From IMG/VR virus record IMGVR_UViG_3300048913_000259, positions 1-58,072 of that record: 58,072 nt of DNA; one strand, written 5' to 3'. Shown in pieces: positions 32,688 through 42,100 of the stretch; the stretch's first letter is position 1; every line of letters begins with the position of its first letter. Below the pieces are notes generated by a model, which searched no databases, was not told where the DNA came from, and was given only the letters and a program-made list of their open reading frames with translations. The translations under genes were made by a program, and so were the position numbers. This DNA is from a virus.

Positions 32688-35230
32688 CAGACCTGGTTGT
32701 AGTAGCCGTTGCCGCCGGTACCAGGCTGGCCGCTGAAGTTCAGGTCACTCGAGGTCGAGCCGATCACGTAGACGGCGCCGGCCAGGCCGGTACCGTACTT
32801 AATCGAGCCGTCCGGGTTGCGGCCTGCACTGGTGCCGAGGCCCAGCGACTCGAGCATGGCGGCCTTGCGATCTGGCGACATTTCCATGTTCATGATGATG
32901 TTGTTGGCCAGGCTGTTGCGCTGGCTGTCCATCTGCTGCTTGTAGTTCGTGTCGGTGTTGTAGCGGCTGGTGCTGCTGTTCAGCTCCGACTGGAAGCGGC
33001 TGGTGGCGTCCTGCATCTGCGCAATCGTCATCTGATTGGCCTGGCCGTTCCTGGTGGTGGCATCTTGCAGCTGCGCGATCGCCAGCTGCTGCGCCGCCTG
33101 GGCGCGCGCGGTGGCGTCCTGCATTTGCGCGATCGCCAGGTTTTGGGCCAGCTGGGCGCGCGTGGTCTGGTCCTGAATTTGGGCCATCGCCATCTGCTGG
33201 GCGTACTGTGCGCGCTGGGTGTTGTCCTGCATCTGCGCGATCGCCAGCTGCTGCGCCGTCTTCTGGCGCTCGGTCGCCTCGTTCACCTGTGCCGTGTACA
33301 TCTGCTGCTGGCGGTTCGCGGCGGCGTCCTTCAGCTGGGCCTGCAAGCGTTCGGCCTGCGCGGCCGTGTCGGCGTTCCACATGATCGCCTGGTTGTTGGC
33401 GGTCACGTTGTAGTCCGCGGCCTTGCCGTAGGTGCCGGCGTCCTGGGTGGCGATCGTGGTGGCCGCCCGGGTCATGGCGTCGTCGGCGCCGCTGGCCGCC
33501 AGGGCCGAGTTACCCATGCCGCGATCGGCCGCGGCGCGCATCGCCATCGCGCGCTGCTGCTGCAATACCGGGCTGTTCTCGGCCAGCAGCATCTGCAATT
33601 GGCCGTCGACGGTTTCGTTGGCCTGGACGTTGCGCACGGCCAGGTCTTCCCTCTTGATCTGCGTCGGGTTCAGCTCGGGGATCACTACCGGCGGCAGGTC
33701 CGGCAGCTTGATGTCCGGCGTCATGGTCGACCAGTCCGTAGTCGGGATGGTCGGCAGCTTCGACCAGTCGATTTGCTGCACGGCCAGCTTCGACCAGTCG
33801 ATGGTCGGCGCCTTCATCGCTTCGGCCAGCTTGGCCCAATCGACGGGCGGCGCGCCTGGTGTGGTCGGCAGCACGGAGCCCTTCGGGGTGTAGACGTTCG
33901 CCTGCGCCCACGATACCGGCGTCACGGTTTCGCCGTTGGCCGTGGCCGACTTGGCGAACTCGGCATAGACCGCTTGCGGATCGGCGCCGGCTTCCAGGGC
34001 CTTCTGCCAGTAGGCGGTTTCCGAGGCGGACGGCAGGCGGCCCAGCTCGTTCAGGTACCAGGCCGACACGTTCACGTAGGCCGGTACCGGCTGCTTCGCC
34101 GGCGTGGTCGGCGTGGTGCTGGCCGGGGGAGTACTCGAGGCCGGCGGCGTGCTCGAGGCGGGCGGCGTGGTCGACGGCGCCGGCGTGCTCGAGGCCGGGG
34201 CGCCGGCGATCTGGCTGGCCTGCGCCATCGACAGCTGGCTCTTGACGGCGTTGGCGTTCTCCATCAGGAACTGCGCATAGACCTGCTGCGCGGCGGCCGG
34301 CGTGGCGGCCTTGGCCAGGGCGGCGTCCCACTTGGCCAGCTCGGCCGCGGACAGGTCGCGGCCCAGCACGTTGCGGCCCCAATCGTCGGCGATCGAGTTG
34401 GGATTGCTCGAGGCCGGGCCGGTGTAGGTGTTGGCCGCCTCCCAGCTGGTGGCCTTCGTCTGCTCCTGGTTGGTGGTGGCCGCCTTCACAAAGTCCTGGT
34501 ACAGCTGCTGCGGGTTGGCGCCGGAAGCGTTCACGGCGTCTTGCCAGAACTTGACGCCGGCCGGGTCGCCATCGCGGCCCAGCACGGAGCGATACCAGGT
34601 GTTCACGTCGACCTTCGGCGCGGCCGGCGCTGGCGTAGGTGCCGGGGCTGGGGCGGGCGCCGGCGTGGCCGGTACCGACGTCATGACCGGCGCCGGCATG
34701 GTGACAGGCGCCGGGGTAGGCGCGGGCGTCGGCGTGGTGGTGGCCGGCTTCGGGTTCGATGCCAGGACCGGCGCCGGCTGTGCCGCGGCGGCCGGGGTTG
34801 GCGTGTAGGTCGACGTCGGCGCCGGCGTGTAAAGCGGGTTCGCCGGCAGGCTGGCCTGGGTGACGGGTGCCGGCGTGGCTGGCGCCTGGTTCGCCGTGGC
34901 CCAGCTGGTATTCGTGTTGACCGTCGCTTCGTGGTTGGCGGTCGCAGACTTCACGAAGTCGTTGTACAGGTCCTGCGGGTTGCTGCTGTTGTTGACGGCG
35001 TTCTGCCACCAGTCCAGGCCGGCCTGGTCCGGTTGGCGGCCCAGCACGGTCTGATACCAGTTCGCGACGTTGGTGTTGGTGGTCGGCGCCGGCGCCGGTG
35101 CTGGCGCTGGTGTCGGCTGTGCCGCCGGCGTCGGGTTGTAGTAGCTGGTGGGCGTGGCGCCATAGGTGCGCGAAGCCCAATCATTTACCGTGTCCTCGGC
35201 ATAGGTGTCGTAAGTGTCAATCTGCCGCAT
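32687..35230 (-). CDS. Large repeat protein (847 aa): four DUF4214-like repeats, IDWSKL repeats and five 18-aa Gln-rich tandem repeats
   Basis: The DUF4214-like repeats are WYQTVLGRQPDQAGLDWWQNAV, WYRSVLGRDGDPAGVKFWQDAV, WGRNVLGRDLSAAELAKW and WYLNELGRLPSASETAYWQKAL. The start was set at MRQIDTYDTYAED (ATG 35230); the track start of 35275 is also possible. Confidence 0.65.
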   Translation of the reverse strand: MRQIDTYDTYAEDTVNDWASRTYGATPTSYYNPTPAAQPTPAPAPAPAPTTNTNVANWYQTVLGRQPDQAGLDWWQNAVNNSSNPQDLYNDFVKSATANHEATVNTNTSWATANQAPATPAPVTQASLPANPLYTPAPTSTYTPTPAAAAQPAPVLASNPKPATTTPTPAPTPAPVTMPAPVMTSVPATPAPAPAPAPTPAPAAPKVDVNTWYRSVLGRDGDPAGVKFWQDAVNASGANPQQLYQDFVKAATTNQEQTKATSWEAANTYTGPASSNPNSIADDWGRNVLGRDLSAAELAKWDAALAKAATPAAAQQVYAQFLMENANAVKSQLSMAQASQIAGAPASSTPAPSTTPPASSTPPASSTPPASTTPTTPAKQPVPAYVNVSAWYLNELGRLPSASETAYWQKALEAGADPQAVYAEFAKSATANGETVTPVSWAQANVYTPKGSVLPTTPGAPPVDWAKLAEAMKAPTIDWSKLAVQQIDWSKLPTIPTTDWSTMTPDIKLPDLPPVVIPELNPTQIKREDLAVRNVQANETVDGQLQMLLAENSPVLQQQRAMAMRAAADRGMGNSALAASGADDAMTRAATTIATQDAGTYGKAADYNVTANNQAIMWNADTAAQAERLQAQLKDAAANRQQQMYTAQVNEATERQKTAQQLAIAQMQDNTQRAQYAQQMAMAQIQDQTTRAQLAQNLAIAQMQDATARAQAAQQLAIAQLQDATTRNGQANQMTIAQMQDATSRFQSELNSSTSRYNTDTNYKQQMDSQRNSLANNIIMNMEMSPDRKAAMLESLGLGTSAGRNPDGSIKYGTGLAGAVYVIGSTSSDLNFSGQPGTGGNGYYNQV
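33008..33277. repeat. 54-bp x5 imperfect tandem repeat (coding, 18-aa unit AQQLAIAQMQDxTxRAQx)
   Basis: Unit starts read at 33008, 33062, 33116, 33170 and 33224 (gtcctgcat-like). Confidence 0.8.
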
Positions 35231-35849
35231 GCTGGGCCTCGCTGTCGGTTTTCTGAGAGGAAACCATTCTATCAAGCAATGGTGAGCTTTCGGCCGGCTT
35301 CTGGCCGTAAAAGCCGTTCGCGACGATCCAGGCCTGGCATGCGCGCAACTGCGCGCTTACTTCGTCGGCACGGTCGGCAAGGGCCCAAAGGTCGTTTTCA
35401 ACTGATTCCGGAAGGCGGACGGTGGCGGCGCCGGCGTCATCACGTCCGCCGGCGCCTGGGGCTTCGGCTTGTCCGGCAGGGGGATTACAGACGGCCCGGG
35501 GGATGCGCAGCCCGCCAGCGCGGTCAAAAGCAAGGCGATCAGCAGCGCGATCACGGCGCAGCGCTTCAAGTTCGTTTTCATGGTCAAAGCTCACTTTCAG
35601 GTTGTTGAGGTGGTATTGCTCGGTCAGGGCGGCCACTTCGGCCGCGTGCTTGCGCAGCAGGTCGGCCGTGTCCTTCTGGCGCTGGGTTTCCTTCTTCTCC
35701 CAGCCGGCGCGCTCGAGCATGGCGCCGCGGTGCTCGGCCCATGCCACCAGGACGATGCCGGCGATGATGATGGCCATGACGGCGGCCAGCCAGAGGATGA
35801 GGCGCGTGCGCACGTCGGCGACGGCCTCGAGGTCTTTTTCCAGGTTCAT
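35217..35849 (-). CDS. Rz: Rz-like i-spanin (210 aa)
   Basis: N-terminal TM segment LILWLAAVMAIIIAGIVLVAWA, then a coiled coil. ATGA overlap with the endolysin stop. Confidence 0.75.
   Translation of the reverse strand: MNLEKDLEAVADVRTRLILWLAAVMAIIIAGIVLVAWAEHRGAMLERAGWEKKETQRQKDTADLLRKHAAEVAALTEQYHLNNLKVSFDHENELEALRRDRAADRLAFDRAGGLRIPRAVCNPPAGQAEAPGAGGRDDAGAATVRLPESVENDLWALADRADEVSAQLRACQAWIVANGFYGQKPAESSPLLDRMVSSQKTDSEAQHAAD
35357..35581 (-). CDS. Rz1: Rz1-like o-spanin lipoprotein embedded in the +1 frame of Rz (74 aa)
   Basis: MKTNLKRCAVIALLIALLLTALAGCASP has the lipobox LAGC, followed by a Pro-rich mature part. The track start at 35587 is a TTG. Confidence 0.75.
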   Translation of the reverse strand: MKTNLKRCAVIALLIALLLTALAGCASPGPSVIPLPDKPKPQAPADVMTPAPPPSAFRNQLKTTFGPLPTVPTK

Positions 35850-36553
35850 GCGAGAACTTTCATGTTGTTGTTGGTCCTGGCCAGGCGGTCGGCGTAGCCG
35901 ATCGCATCGCCCACTTCCTTCGTCAGGTGGCCGATGTTCACCAGGTCGGCGATCGCGTCCTGGTTGCCGGCGTCGGCCTTCTCATTGCAGCCGGCGCGCC
36001 ACCAAAACCAGGCCGCCGATCGACACACGCCCTCGGGGGTGCGCAGCCAGTCGGCGATCTTGTCGAAGGGGATACGGAAGTACTCGGCGCACGCGCGCTG
36101 GTTGTCGGTGCCGGTGATCTGGAACCCGCCAGCGCCGCGCCGGCGCCAGCCGTCACCAGTCTCGGGGCCGCCGTTGCCCATCCGGTTCGCGTAGACCGTG
36201 TTCGCGATCTTCTCGGGCTGGCGGTGCAGCTCGAGCGCCAGCGCGTTCGGCACCTTGCGCGGGCGCTCGAGCGGCGTGGTTGGCGTCGTCAGCAGGTAGG
36301 CGCCGTCCGGCCCTTTCTTGGCGAAGCGCGACGGCCAGGTGTTGGCCAGGCCATCGGCCGAGTAGTTCAGGTTCTCGACCACGGTGTTGAGGTCGCCGGT
36401 TTCGTGCGCCAGCTGGGCCAGGAATGGGCCCTGGCGCTGCTTGGTGTCGATCTTGAATTCCGCCATCGCCTGGTTCAGCCAGGGCAGGTATGCGATCGCC
36501 AGCACGCCGATTTTCGGCATGGCGCACTTCAGCTGCGTCAGGGTGATGTTCAC
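35846..36553 (-). CDS. Glycoside hydrolase family 19 (chitinase-like) endolysin
   Basis: FLAQLAHETGDL...ANRMGNGGPETGDGWRRRGAGGFQITGTDNQ. The GTG start overlaps the upstream stop as GTGA. Confidence 0.8.
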   Translation of the reverse strand: MNITLTQLKCAMPKIGVLAIAYLPWLNQAMAEFKIDTKQRQGPFLAQLAHETGDLNTVVENLNYSADGLANTWPSRFAKKGPDGAYLLTTPTTPLERPRKVPNALALELHRQPEKIANTVYANRMGNGGPETGDGWRRRGAGGFQITGTDNQRACAEYFRIPFDKIADWLRTPEGVCRSAAWFWWRAGCNEKADAGNQDAIADLVNIGHLTKEVGDAIGYADRLARTNNNMKVLA

Positions 36554-36969
36554 GCGCGGGCCTCCGGAAGGAACTTATCTTGGGCGAACTGAAGCGCTCG
36601 CTGGATGGTCACAGCGCCACCGAAGGCGGCCAGCATGATCGCGCCGGCCTTGTAGCCGGTCGGGATGTCCCACGACTCGAGCACGGCAAACGTCACCAGG
36701 CCGGCCGCGTTGGACGACAGCATGCGGCTGGCCACTTGCAGGCCGAGGCGCGGGATTTTCTCGGCCTTGTCGTACTGGTCGATCATCCAGTGCAGGAGCG
36801 CGGTGGCGCCCAGCACCGTCGACAGGATCACGGTGGCCAGCACCGACAGCATCGGAATCTTGGCCAGGTCCTCGCCGAAGGCGATGCTGGCGGCCCATGC
36901 AGACGCCGGCCACAGCAGGGCCAGCGTTGCCTTGAGCGCCAGCGCGAGCTGCTTCAGTTCTTTTTTCAT
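36550..36969 (-). CDS. Holin-like membrane protein (139 aa)
   Basis: Multiple TM segments; immediately upstream of the endolysin. Confidence 0.55.
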   Translation of the reverse strand: MKKELKQLALALKATLALLWPASAWAASIAFGEDLAKIPMLSVLATVILSTVLGATALLHWMIDQYDKAEKIPRLGLQVASRMLSSNAAGLVTFAVLESWDIPTGYKAGAIMLAAFGGAVTIQRALQFAQDKFLPEARA

Positions 36970-37379
36970 GTGTTCGCCTTTTTCTTGTAGCGTTTGCGGA
37001 CGTCGGAGAAGGCCGACAGGGGAATAAACAGGATGTGGACGACGTAGAACGGGATCACGGCCGCGGAGAGCTCATAGCGCACGGACGTCCACAGCTGCAC
37101 GGCGAAGCACATGGCCATTGCCATGTTCACCAGGTGGCGATCGTGCAGGGCTCGAGCGATCACGAAGCGATCCGGCATCAGGTCGTTCACGAACAGGTCG
37201 ACCGTGCCCAGCACCGTGAAGGCCACCAGGCCGGCCATCGTCATGTGCGTGAAGCGATCGGCGTGCGCCACCTGGTAGACCAGGGTTTCCTGGTGCACCA
37301 GGGCCGTGAAGGCGAACAGCCCGGCCTGCACCAGGATGTAGATGCGCAGCAGCACGTTGCAATCGAAGATGCGCCTCAT
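36966..37379 (-). CDS. Membrane protein of the lysis cassette (137 aa; holin/antiholin candidate)
   Basis: Track ORF trimmed to MRRIFDCNVLLRIYILVQAGLFAF. ATGA overlap with the upstream gene. 3-4 TM segments. Confidence 0.5.
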   Translation of the reverse strand: MRRIFDCNVLLRIYILVQAGLFAFTALVHQETLVYQVAHADRFTHMTMAGLVAFTVLGTVDLFVNDLMPDRFVIARALHDRHLVNMAMAMCFAVQLWTSVRYELSAAVIPFYVVHILFIPLSAFSDVRKRYKKKANT

Positions 37380-37681
37380 GCGATGCCACCCTTGGCGAGC
37401 TGCTTTTGCAGCTGCTGCCAGTTGTGCCACAGCACCCACGCATACACGGTCATCACGCCCAGCAGCGCCGGCACCAGGTCGACCAGGTACAGGCCTGTCA
37501 GCAGCGCCAGGGCGCCCTTCGCGATCGCCAGGCCCGGCACCAGGCCGAAGCGCTCGATCAGGAAGCGCACCACTGGATTGAGCTCACGGCCGCCGCCGCG
37601 CAGGATTCGCCAGGTCAGGTAGGCATCGCCGGCCTGCATGGCCAGCACGATCAGGAACAGCACCAGGTTCAGGACATTCAT
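37376..37681 (-). CDS. Membrane protein (101 aa, DUF5658-like?)
   Basis: MNVLNLVLFLIVLAMQAGDAYLTW...NPVVRFLIERFG, with three TM segments. GAGGAAA SD. Confidence 0.5.
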   Translation of the reverse strand: MNVLNLVLFLIVLAMQAGDAYLTWRILRGGGRELNPVVRFLIERFGLVPGLAIAKGALALLTGLYLVDLVPALLGVMTVYAWVLWHNWQQLQKQLAKGGIA

Positions 37682-37695
37682 AGTTGTTTTCCTCG

Positions 37696-39117
37696 TTACA
37701 CAGGTTTAACGCGCACGTTGGCGCGGCCATCCGGAAGGATGTTCTGGACCACGCCCACGGCGCGGCGGTACTGGTCGAAGGTCACGGCCGCGGCGTCGAC
37801 CAGCTGGCCGGCGATGCCGTCGCCGGCGGCGATCGGCACCACGTATTGGCCAGGCTTGCCGCCCTGGACGTTGACCGGCACCTGGCCGCAGTACGCCATG
37901 CGGTCGACGCGCTGGCGCGCCTGCTCGAGCAAGGCCTCAAAGCGGGCCTTCTCGACCTGGTAGGGCGGCATGGTCACGGTATCGAACTCAGTGCGCAGGG
38001 CCTGGATGGTGGCCTCATGTTCGGCCTGGCCCTGTGCGTAGGCCGCCAGGCGCGCCGCGTGCAGCTGCTGCGCCTCCTGGTAGTCCTCGAGCGCAGCGGC
38101 ATAGGCGGCGATCGCCTCGGGCTCGGCATCATCGGCCGGGGCGATCGGCGCGGCCGGCTCGTCGCCAGGTTCTGCCGGCCCATCGTAGGCCGGCAGCTCG
38201 AGCACAGGCTCGACGGGCCTGGCCATGCCCAGCGCGGCCTCGCTGCCCCACACGTCGCCACCGACATAGGACGGGTCCGTGCTCTTGATGAGGAATGAAA
38301 CGGCCGCGGCCCACTTGTCGGTAAGGCGGCCGTCGACGTCGATGCCGACGATGGCGCCCTTGGCCAGCTGGCCACAGGCTTCGGCCTTGGTCATGTATTC
38401 GGCATAGTCGGCGCCGCTGGCATTGACCGTGCCGGCCGCATTGATCGAGCGGCTCGTAGTCGAATGCTTGTTGAGAATTAACGCTGTGTTTGCCGCGTTG
38501 CCGCCGCCACTAGCAGCACCGAAGAAATAGGCAAAGGCGCCGGCCGTAGCCTGAACCGCGAAGACTAAGGAACCTTCGCCGACAGCCTTTGCAATAGTGT
38601 TGCAGCTGCCGCTGGTCACGCCCACCAGCAGGTTGCCGTTCACGTCCACGGTCATCGCCTGAGTCCAGGCAATCGCAGCGTCCGCACTACCGACCGGGGC
38701 GATGTGCCACGAATGGCCGCCGCCGTCCTGCACGTACAGGAAAGCGTTGTTGCCGCTGGTCTTGTACTTGTAGGTGCCGGTGTAGTACCAGTTCTTGCCG
38801 TAGTAGATCGAGCCAGAATTGTCCTGCACCATCACGGTGGATGCCGAAACTTCCAGGAAGCGGAACCCGCCGGAGCTGCCCTTGGGAGTGGTGCCGAGGC
38901 CGGCATTGCCGTTTGAATCCACCTTCAGGGCTTGTGTGCCGGTGCCGACATACAACGTGATGGCGCCGCCCGACCTGTTGACCAGCTCGAGGTCGGTGCC
39001 ACGATAGTTGTTGATCTGCGCGAGCGTGTTGCCGGTGAAATTCAGCGCGCCGCTGCCAGGCAGCGACAGGCCATCAGTCATGTTGGTCTGTTCGCCGTAG
39101 ATTTGAGTTTTAGCCAT
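37696..39117 (-). CDS. Tail fibre protein with a C-terminal peptidase-G2 / intramolecular-chaperone-like region (473 aa)
   Basis: Gly/Thr/Ser-rich beta-type N-terminal half. GADYAEYM motif followed by G..VGIDVDGRL. Confidence 0.65.
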   Translation of the reverse strand: MAKTQIYGEQTNMTDGLSLPGSGALNFTGNTLAQINNYRGTDLELVNRSGGAITLYVGTGTQALKVDSNGNAGLGTTPKGSSGGFRFLEVSASTVMVQDNSGSIYYGKNWYYTGTYKYKTSGNNAFLYVQDGGGHSWHIAPVGSADAAIAWTQAMTVDVNGNLLVGVTSGSCNTIAKAVGEGSLVFAVQATAGAFAYFFGAASGGGNAANTALILNKHSTTSRSINAAGTVNASGADYAEYMTKAEACGQLAKGAIVGIDVDGRLTDKWAAAVSFLIKSTDPSYVGGDVWGSEAALGMARPVEPVLELPAYDGPAEPGDEPAAPIAPADDAEPEAIAAYAAALEDYQEAQQLHAARLAAYAQGQAEHEATIQALRTEFDTVTMPPYQVEKARFEALLEQARQRVDRMAYCGQVPVNVQGGKPGQYVVPIAAGDGIAGQLVDAAAVTFDQYRRAVGVVQNILPDGRANVRVKPV

Positions 39118-42100
39118 TGCGCACCCCCATGATGCAAATGTTGAAGTTGGCCGGCGGCGCGCTGGTGAAGGTCACAGTCCAGCGGTAGCCGTCGAAAGCG
39201 GTGGTGTAGTCGTTGCTCGAGCCTTCGCGCACCAGCAGGCCCTGGCGGTAGACCGCATAGACATCGAAGCCAATGGGTACCGTGAAAGTGGTGGCCGTGC
39301 CGTCGCCGGTGAACCAGTGCGGTGCCGGGATGCGGCCCAGCGCGCGGCGCGCGTCGTCCTTGCGGCGCAGCTCGTCGCGCAGCGTGATAGCTGGCTGGGT
39401 GTAGCGCGCGCCAGTGGTGCCGCCGGTGATGTGCGCGCCATTCGTGCCGGCCAGCGCCTTGACGGCGCCGACACTGGTGGCGCTGCTCTCGACGCGCTGC
39501 AAGCCCTTGAAGGTGCTGCGGCCCCAGCTGGTACCGACGTGCAGCAGGTCGGCCACGTCGTCATAGGCAGCAACCGCCACCCCGAGGGCCGTGCCGTCGA
39601 ACGCGCATTGCGCACCTGGCTGGAACAGCGCCAGCTCATCGCGGTAAATCTGCGCAACCTGGTCATCAGTCGGTGCGGTTGCGCTGGCGCGTACCAGCGC
39701 GATCTGGCCGACGAATGCATTGGTGCCTGGAACATTGGCGCCAACACGGAAAACAGCGCCGGCCGAGGTCAACGAAGAAGCGGCCCCGGTGTCGACGTTC
39801 TGCACCACGCCATTCACGGTGAAATAGCCCTTGCCACTACGGCGGAAATAACCCACCAGCGACGGGATATTCAGCGGGATACCGAGTGTCGAATTGACTG
39901 CTGCGACGTTCTGATAGATGCAGCCGAGGTTGTTGTTAATGTCGGTTGTAAGCGAGAAGTCGCCGGCCACGTTGACGGTGTGCCCACGCTCCAAGATGAA
40001 CATTGCGCCGGATGCCGCCTTGATAACCCATGCCAGGAAACAGAAGTCGCCGGTACCGAAGTCCAGGTCCGTGTTGTTCGTCTGCTCGAGGTAGTTGGCG
40101 GCCGAGAAGCCCGAGTAGCTAACCAGCTGCGCACCAGTGGCCACAGGCGCCTTGGTGAGGCTTCCGTTCACCATCAACGGCTTGCTTTTCACGCTGCGAT
40201 CGAGGTCCACCGGCTTCAGGCTGATGTTGTCCATCAAAGGCACGATGCCGGCGGCCGTCCTGGTGAAGCTAATCCAGACGGACGACTGTGGCGCGATGAA
40301 CGTGTAGGTGTAGCTGCCAGCTGCTTGAGGCGTTGGCGCCCAAACATTCCCGTTCGAGATCGTGGTGCCGATCACAGGCAGCACAGGATCGCCGGCCACC
40401 GTGAAGCCCAGCATATAGGCGCGCCCTGGTACCAGCCCGGTGATCTGCTGGCCGATCAATGCCGAGTTGGTGCCGTCCGGTGCGATCCTGGCCTGGCCTG
40501 CCGACCAGGTGACGGTCGACGCGCCAGCGGCTTGAACCGTCCAGCCGTTCAGGTTGCTATCGAAATTGCCGTTCGTTACCAGGGTCTGCTTGACGCTGAC
40601 GTTATCGAAGGTGGTGCCGCTGCCCGAGGCGCCGCCCTTTTGCAGGTAGACCGTCGATGTCGGGGTGGTCGCGGTGAACTGTACCGTCAGCTTGTTGGCC
40701 ACCGTGCCGATGTAGCCGGTTCCGTTCAGGTTGTTGCCTACGTTGTCCTGGGCGCCGACGATGTAGTTGCCCGAGGTCGCGGTAACGTCCCACTGGATTT
40801 GATACGTCTTGCCCGGCGTGGTGTTGATCGTCTGCGCCAGGGTCACGTCGGTGCCGGTCGGCTTGGTGACGGTGACGCCCGAGGCCGACACGGCCAGGGT
40901 TGGCGAGTTGGTGCCGTACCAGCCAGTGGTGTCCGTGTTGAACGTGCCGTTGGTGACGAGCTCCGGGAACTCTGCCAGGGTTTCGGCCACAATGTCGGCC
41001 AGCCAGGCGCCACGCGAATCGCCCACCTGGTAGCCGCTGTTGAAGGCATTGGTAATTGCTGCAACCATGCCCTTGACTGGCGTTGCCGGGTTGCGCTTCA
41101 GGCGGAACAGGCCAGCGCCAAGCGAATACATATCATCGCCGATCGTGAAACAGGCGCCGCCGGTAGTAATCGCGATCGACGCTACACCAGCGCCGTACTG
41201 TTCCTTCTGCTGGTCGAGCGTGATGGTGGCCGCTGGGATGTCGTACACGCGAACCTGGTCCTGGTACTGGCCAGTGGTAGCCAGGCGTCGATCCTTGGTA
41301 AAGCCCACCGAATTATTCGCCTGAAGCTGGCCGGTGATATTGACGATCGTGCCGTCATGCTTGAGCACGCTGACGCCGCCATTGGTGGCGATGGCAATGG
41401 TTGGCATCGGCAAGCCAGTCGCTGGTTCAGCAGGAGCATCGGCCAGCACGATCGCCGCCACGTCATTGACGGTGTTGTGCACGATCGAGGGCACGCCCGC
41501 GGCGCTGGTGCCCGAGGCAAAGGTATGCCCCGTCGTGTTGCGCAGCGACAGGCCGGCGTTGTCCACGCCGCCATAGGTCGACGTCGACGTGTAGGAAACG
41601 GCATTGTCGGCGACGAAGTTAATAACCATCACGCCCTGCGAGTTGCTGCTTTCGCCAACGATCAGCTTGCCATTCAGGGCGGTAATGCAGCTGATGGTGC
41701 TGCCGATCAGCAGCGAGTCGTTCCATGCTGCCTTGTTCGTGAATACCATCCACATCGGCAGGGTTGGCTGGGTCGCGTCGTAGATGATGATGCGGCCGGT
41801 TTCGGCCACGATCAGCGCCAGGGCCGGGAATTCGCGCGTGTTGCCGCGGTAGATATTCGGTACTGCGGTTGCAGGGCTTGTCTGCGTGATCTGATAGAAA
41901 GCGTTGTCGCCGGTGTATTGGAAATAATCGCCCACCAGGCCGCCAGCTGCGACAGCTGCCGCGGTGCTTCCGAATTGCCCCAGCCACTTGCCCGGCACCA
42001 GGGCCTCGTTCTCCCAAGTGGTCGCCTTGCAGCGTTTGCGCCAGGCGCCGCCATCGCTGTCCTTTGCGGTGTCGTAGAGGAACATATCAACGACATAGCC

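Noticed and set aside
33008-33277. Tandem repeats (54-bp x5 here, 42-bp x3 at 42281..42406, 15-bp x3 near 55339..55383) as CRISPR-like or non-coding arrays
   Set aside because: All are in-frame within long ORFs, have no unique spacers, and translate to peptide repeats.
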